A stretch of DNA of 64,000 nt, taken from positions 1 through 64,000 of the IMG/VR virus record IMGVR_UViG_2851870198_000001. One strand, given 5' to 3'. A program made the translations under genes and the position numbers. The notes beneath the pieces are model-generated. The model saw nothing but the letters and a program-made list of their open reading frames with translations, ran no database searches and was not told the origin of the DNA. The stretch's first letter is position 1; every line of letters begins with the position of its first letter. Source of the stretch: a virus (lineage: Duplodnaviria > Caudoviricetes). Shown one piece after another: positions 62,326-64,000 of this stretch.

Positions 62326-62894
62326 GGCCTGCCGTCCACGGCGAGGGTGCACCAGGTGGTGGTGCCGTTCTGCTCTGTTCCCCATGTGCCGCCGTGAGCA
62401 GCGGCGAGGCAGTTGACGAGGAAGAGGCCGCGACCGCGCTCGGCGTCGTCGGGGGCGTTGCGCGCGACCGGCTGGCCGGGTGTCTCACCGTGGACGGCCA
62501 GGCGCAGGACGCCGTCCCGCACCGTCACGGTCATGGTGATCTGATTACCGTCACCGTGCTGGATGGCGTTGGTGACGAGTTCGGAGACGATGAGCGTGGC
62601 GTCGTCCACGAGGGCCTCAAGGCCGCAGTAGCGCAGCCGGGCCGCGGTCAACTTCCGGGCCATCCCCACCCGGCGCGCGTCCCGTTCGGGGATCTCGCCC
62701 CCGGCGCGGGGCGGACAGACCTCGAAGCACACGCTCATCCGGTCGTCGTCCCGCCGCAGGGGCTCGGGAAGGCCGTGGTCGGGGAGTAACCGGTCCGCCG
62801 CAGGCGCTGTCAGGGGAAGAGCAGCGGCTTCTAAGGCGCTTCGACGGGTGCGCCCCGGGGCCGGGAAGTGGGCAGTCGTCATGGTCGGCTCCAT
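62322..62894 (-). CDS. HATPase_c ATP-binding protein (RsbW/anti-sigma-like); two TTA codons
   Basis: LIVSELVTNAIQHG, AERGRGLFLV, WG...TTTWCTL; TTA at 62832-62834 and 62787-62789. Confidence 0.85.
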   Translation of the reverse strand: MEPTMTTAHFPAPGRTRRSALEAAALPLTAPAADRLLPDHGLPEPLRRDDDRMSVCFEVCPPRAGGEIPERDARRVGMARKLTAARLRYCGLEALVDDATLIVSELVTNAIQHGDGNQITMTVTVRDGVLRLAVHGETPGQPVARNAPDDAERGRGLFLVNCLAAAHGGTWGTEQNGTTTWCTLAVDGRP

Positions 62895-62933
62895 GTCGAA
62901 ATGGCGTGTGACGACATGGTGGCTAACCGTGAA

Positions 62934-62969
62934 GGCCCCAACTATCAGTACTTGTTGATAGTTGGGGCC
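62934..62969. promoter_or_regulatory. AT-rich 14-bp inverted repeat (operator or terminator)
   Basis: GGCCCCAACTATCA-8nt-TGATAGTTGGGGCC between the XRE and ATPase genes. Confidence 0.65.
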
Positions 62970-62988
62970 AAGGCTTCACCCGGCGTGA

Positions 62989-63999
62989 CTAGTGGGCGGG
63001 TGCGGGGCCCAGCCACGACCCGTAGGACAGGAAGCTGTCTGGGAGGCGGCGGTGAGCGGCCTCCAGCCCGGCGTACGTCTCCCGCACGGTCGGGTGGTAC
63101 TTCGCCTGCTGCGGGGCGGCCTTGCGCGCCTTGAGCAGGTTCTCGAAGGAGGCGTCGATGTTGCCCGTCCACAGCAGGGAGCGGGCGACCTCTGCGTAGT
63201 GGTGGCTGGTCCGGGAGTTGGGCCACGAGTCCGGGATGTACGTGGTGCGGGCGGCCTCCACGGACTCGCCGTACTGGTCCAGCTCGGCGAGGACGGAGAC
63301 GCGGTGGACGCCCACGTTGGTCGGACCGAAGGCGAGCCAGTGGACCTTCATCGCTTCGCCGGTCTCGCTCGCGATCTGCTCGGCTTCACCGAGGTGGACG
63401 TGCGCTTCGTCCGCGTCGTGCGCCCGGCCGGCCAGCACCGCGGCGCCCAGGTGGAGCTGCCCGGTGACGACACGGCGTTCGCGGGTGGGCTCGGCCTGTT
63501 CCAGGGTGGTCAGGCCGAGACGCACCAGGCGGGTGCCGGTGCGGTACTTGCCCTCACGCAGGTAGGTCAGGGCGCGCAGGTACTGGTACATGCCGCCCAG
63601 GACGGCGTCTGACCCACGCTGGGCGGCCCAGTCGAGGCGGGCCAGCGCGAGCTGGGCGAGGTCGGGATAGCCCAGCTTCGCCGCGACGTCGTAGGCCGTC
63701 CGGTAGAAGCTCGCCAGTGTCAGCCAGCCCTCCCGGGTCTGAGCGGTGTGCGCGGCCGTCGTGCCTTCCTCGATGAGACTCGAGACTCGCGACGCGGCGC
63801 TCTTGATGTTCCCCGCCCGTACATCCGCGCAGAGCCGTTCCGCTTCGCGGTGCAGTTCCTCCGGTCGGCGGGCCTGGACGTCGGGGTCGGGGCCCAGGTC
63901 GTACACGTCGAGGGCTTCACGGATCGGCCTTATCAGCACGTCGAGTTGGTCGGCGCGCAACTCGTCGGCGTAGGGCTGACCCTGAATGGTCACCACTTC
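62989..63999 (-). CDS. XRE-family regulator, C-terminal helical/TPR-like part (HTH beyond the window edge)
   Basis: IQGQPY, IREALDVYDL, GQLHLGAAVLAGR, WLAFGPTNVGVHRV, APQQAKYHPTVRE are typical of Streptomyces XRE proteins; frame is open to the edge. Confidence 0.8.
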   Translation of the reverse strand, partial: EVVTIQGQPYADELRADQLDVLIRPIREALDVYDLGPDPDVQARRPEELHREAERLCADVRAGNIKSAASRVSSLIEEGTTAAHTAQTREGWLTLASFYRTAYDVAAKLGYPDLAQLALARLDWAAQRGSDAVLGGMYQYLRALTYLREGKYRTGTRLVRLGLTTLEQAEPTRERRVVTGQLHLGAAVLAGRAHDADEAHVHLGEAEQIASETGEAMKVHWLAFGPTNVGVHRVSVLAELDQYGESVEAARTTYIPDSWPNSRTSHHYAEVARSLLWTGNIDASFENLLKARKAAPQQAKYHPTVRETYAGLEAAHRRLPDSFLSYGSWLGPAPAH

Positions 64000-64000
64000 C

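Noticed and set aside
1-64000. tRNA, rRNA, integrase, transposase, intein or intron
   Set aside because: None recognised by eye. Helicase and MTase motifs appear contiguous. A covariance-model or HMM scan would be needed to exclude them fully.

Overview
High-GC, Streptomyces-like DNA (in-frame TTA codons, XRE/HATPase_c/DUF6415-type cassette). The window carries most of the virion module of a siphovirus, almost all on the minus strand. In transcription order: portal-MuF fusion, a ~7,690-aa DarB-like polyvalent protein (N6-MTase, SNF2 helicase, UvrD helicase, repeats, degenerate zincin), HK97-type prohead protease fused to a 2H phosphoesterase, major capsid, neck genes, tail tube, tail chaperones with a GGGAAAG -1 frameshift, tape measure, tail tip/fibre genes and a holin. 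A plus-strand parB-parA pair sits inside the tail module. Twelve GTTCCCC-N-GGGGAAC palindromes (one degenerate; three inside parB itself) and a two-armed 9-bp iteron-like array at the left end point to a plasmid-prophage. No integrase, terminase or endolysin is visible. Main candidates for new biology: (1) a five-gene operon (radical SAM, two DEDD-exonuclease-fold proteins, nucleotide kinase, NUDIX) that could make and detoxify a modified nucleotide; (2) a 104-aa gene nested out of frame inside the giant gene; (3) a shared E-x-K-[A/S/T] motif that may let the prohead protease release capsid cargo (2H domain, MuF domain, giant protein); (4) a conserved 16-bp late-promoter element found 12 times. 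All functions were assigned by eye from motifs and synteny; no searches were run.
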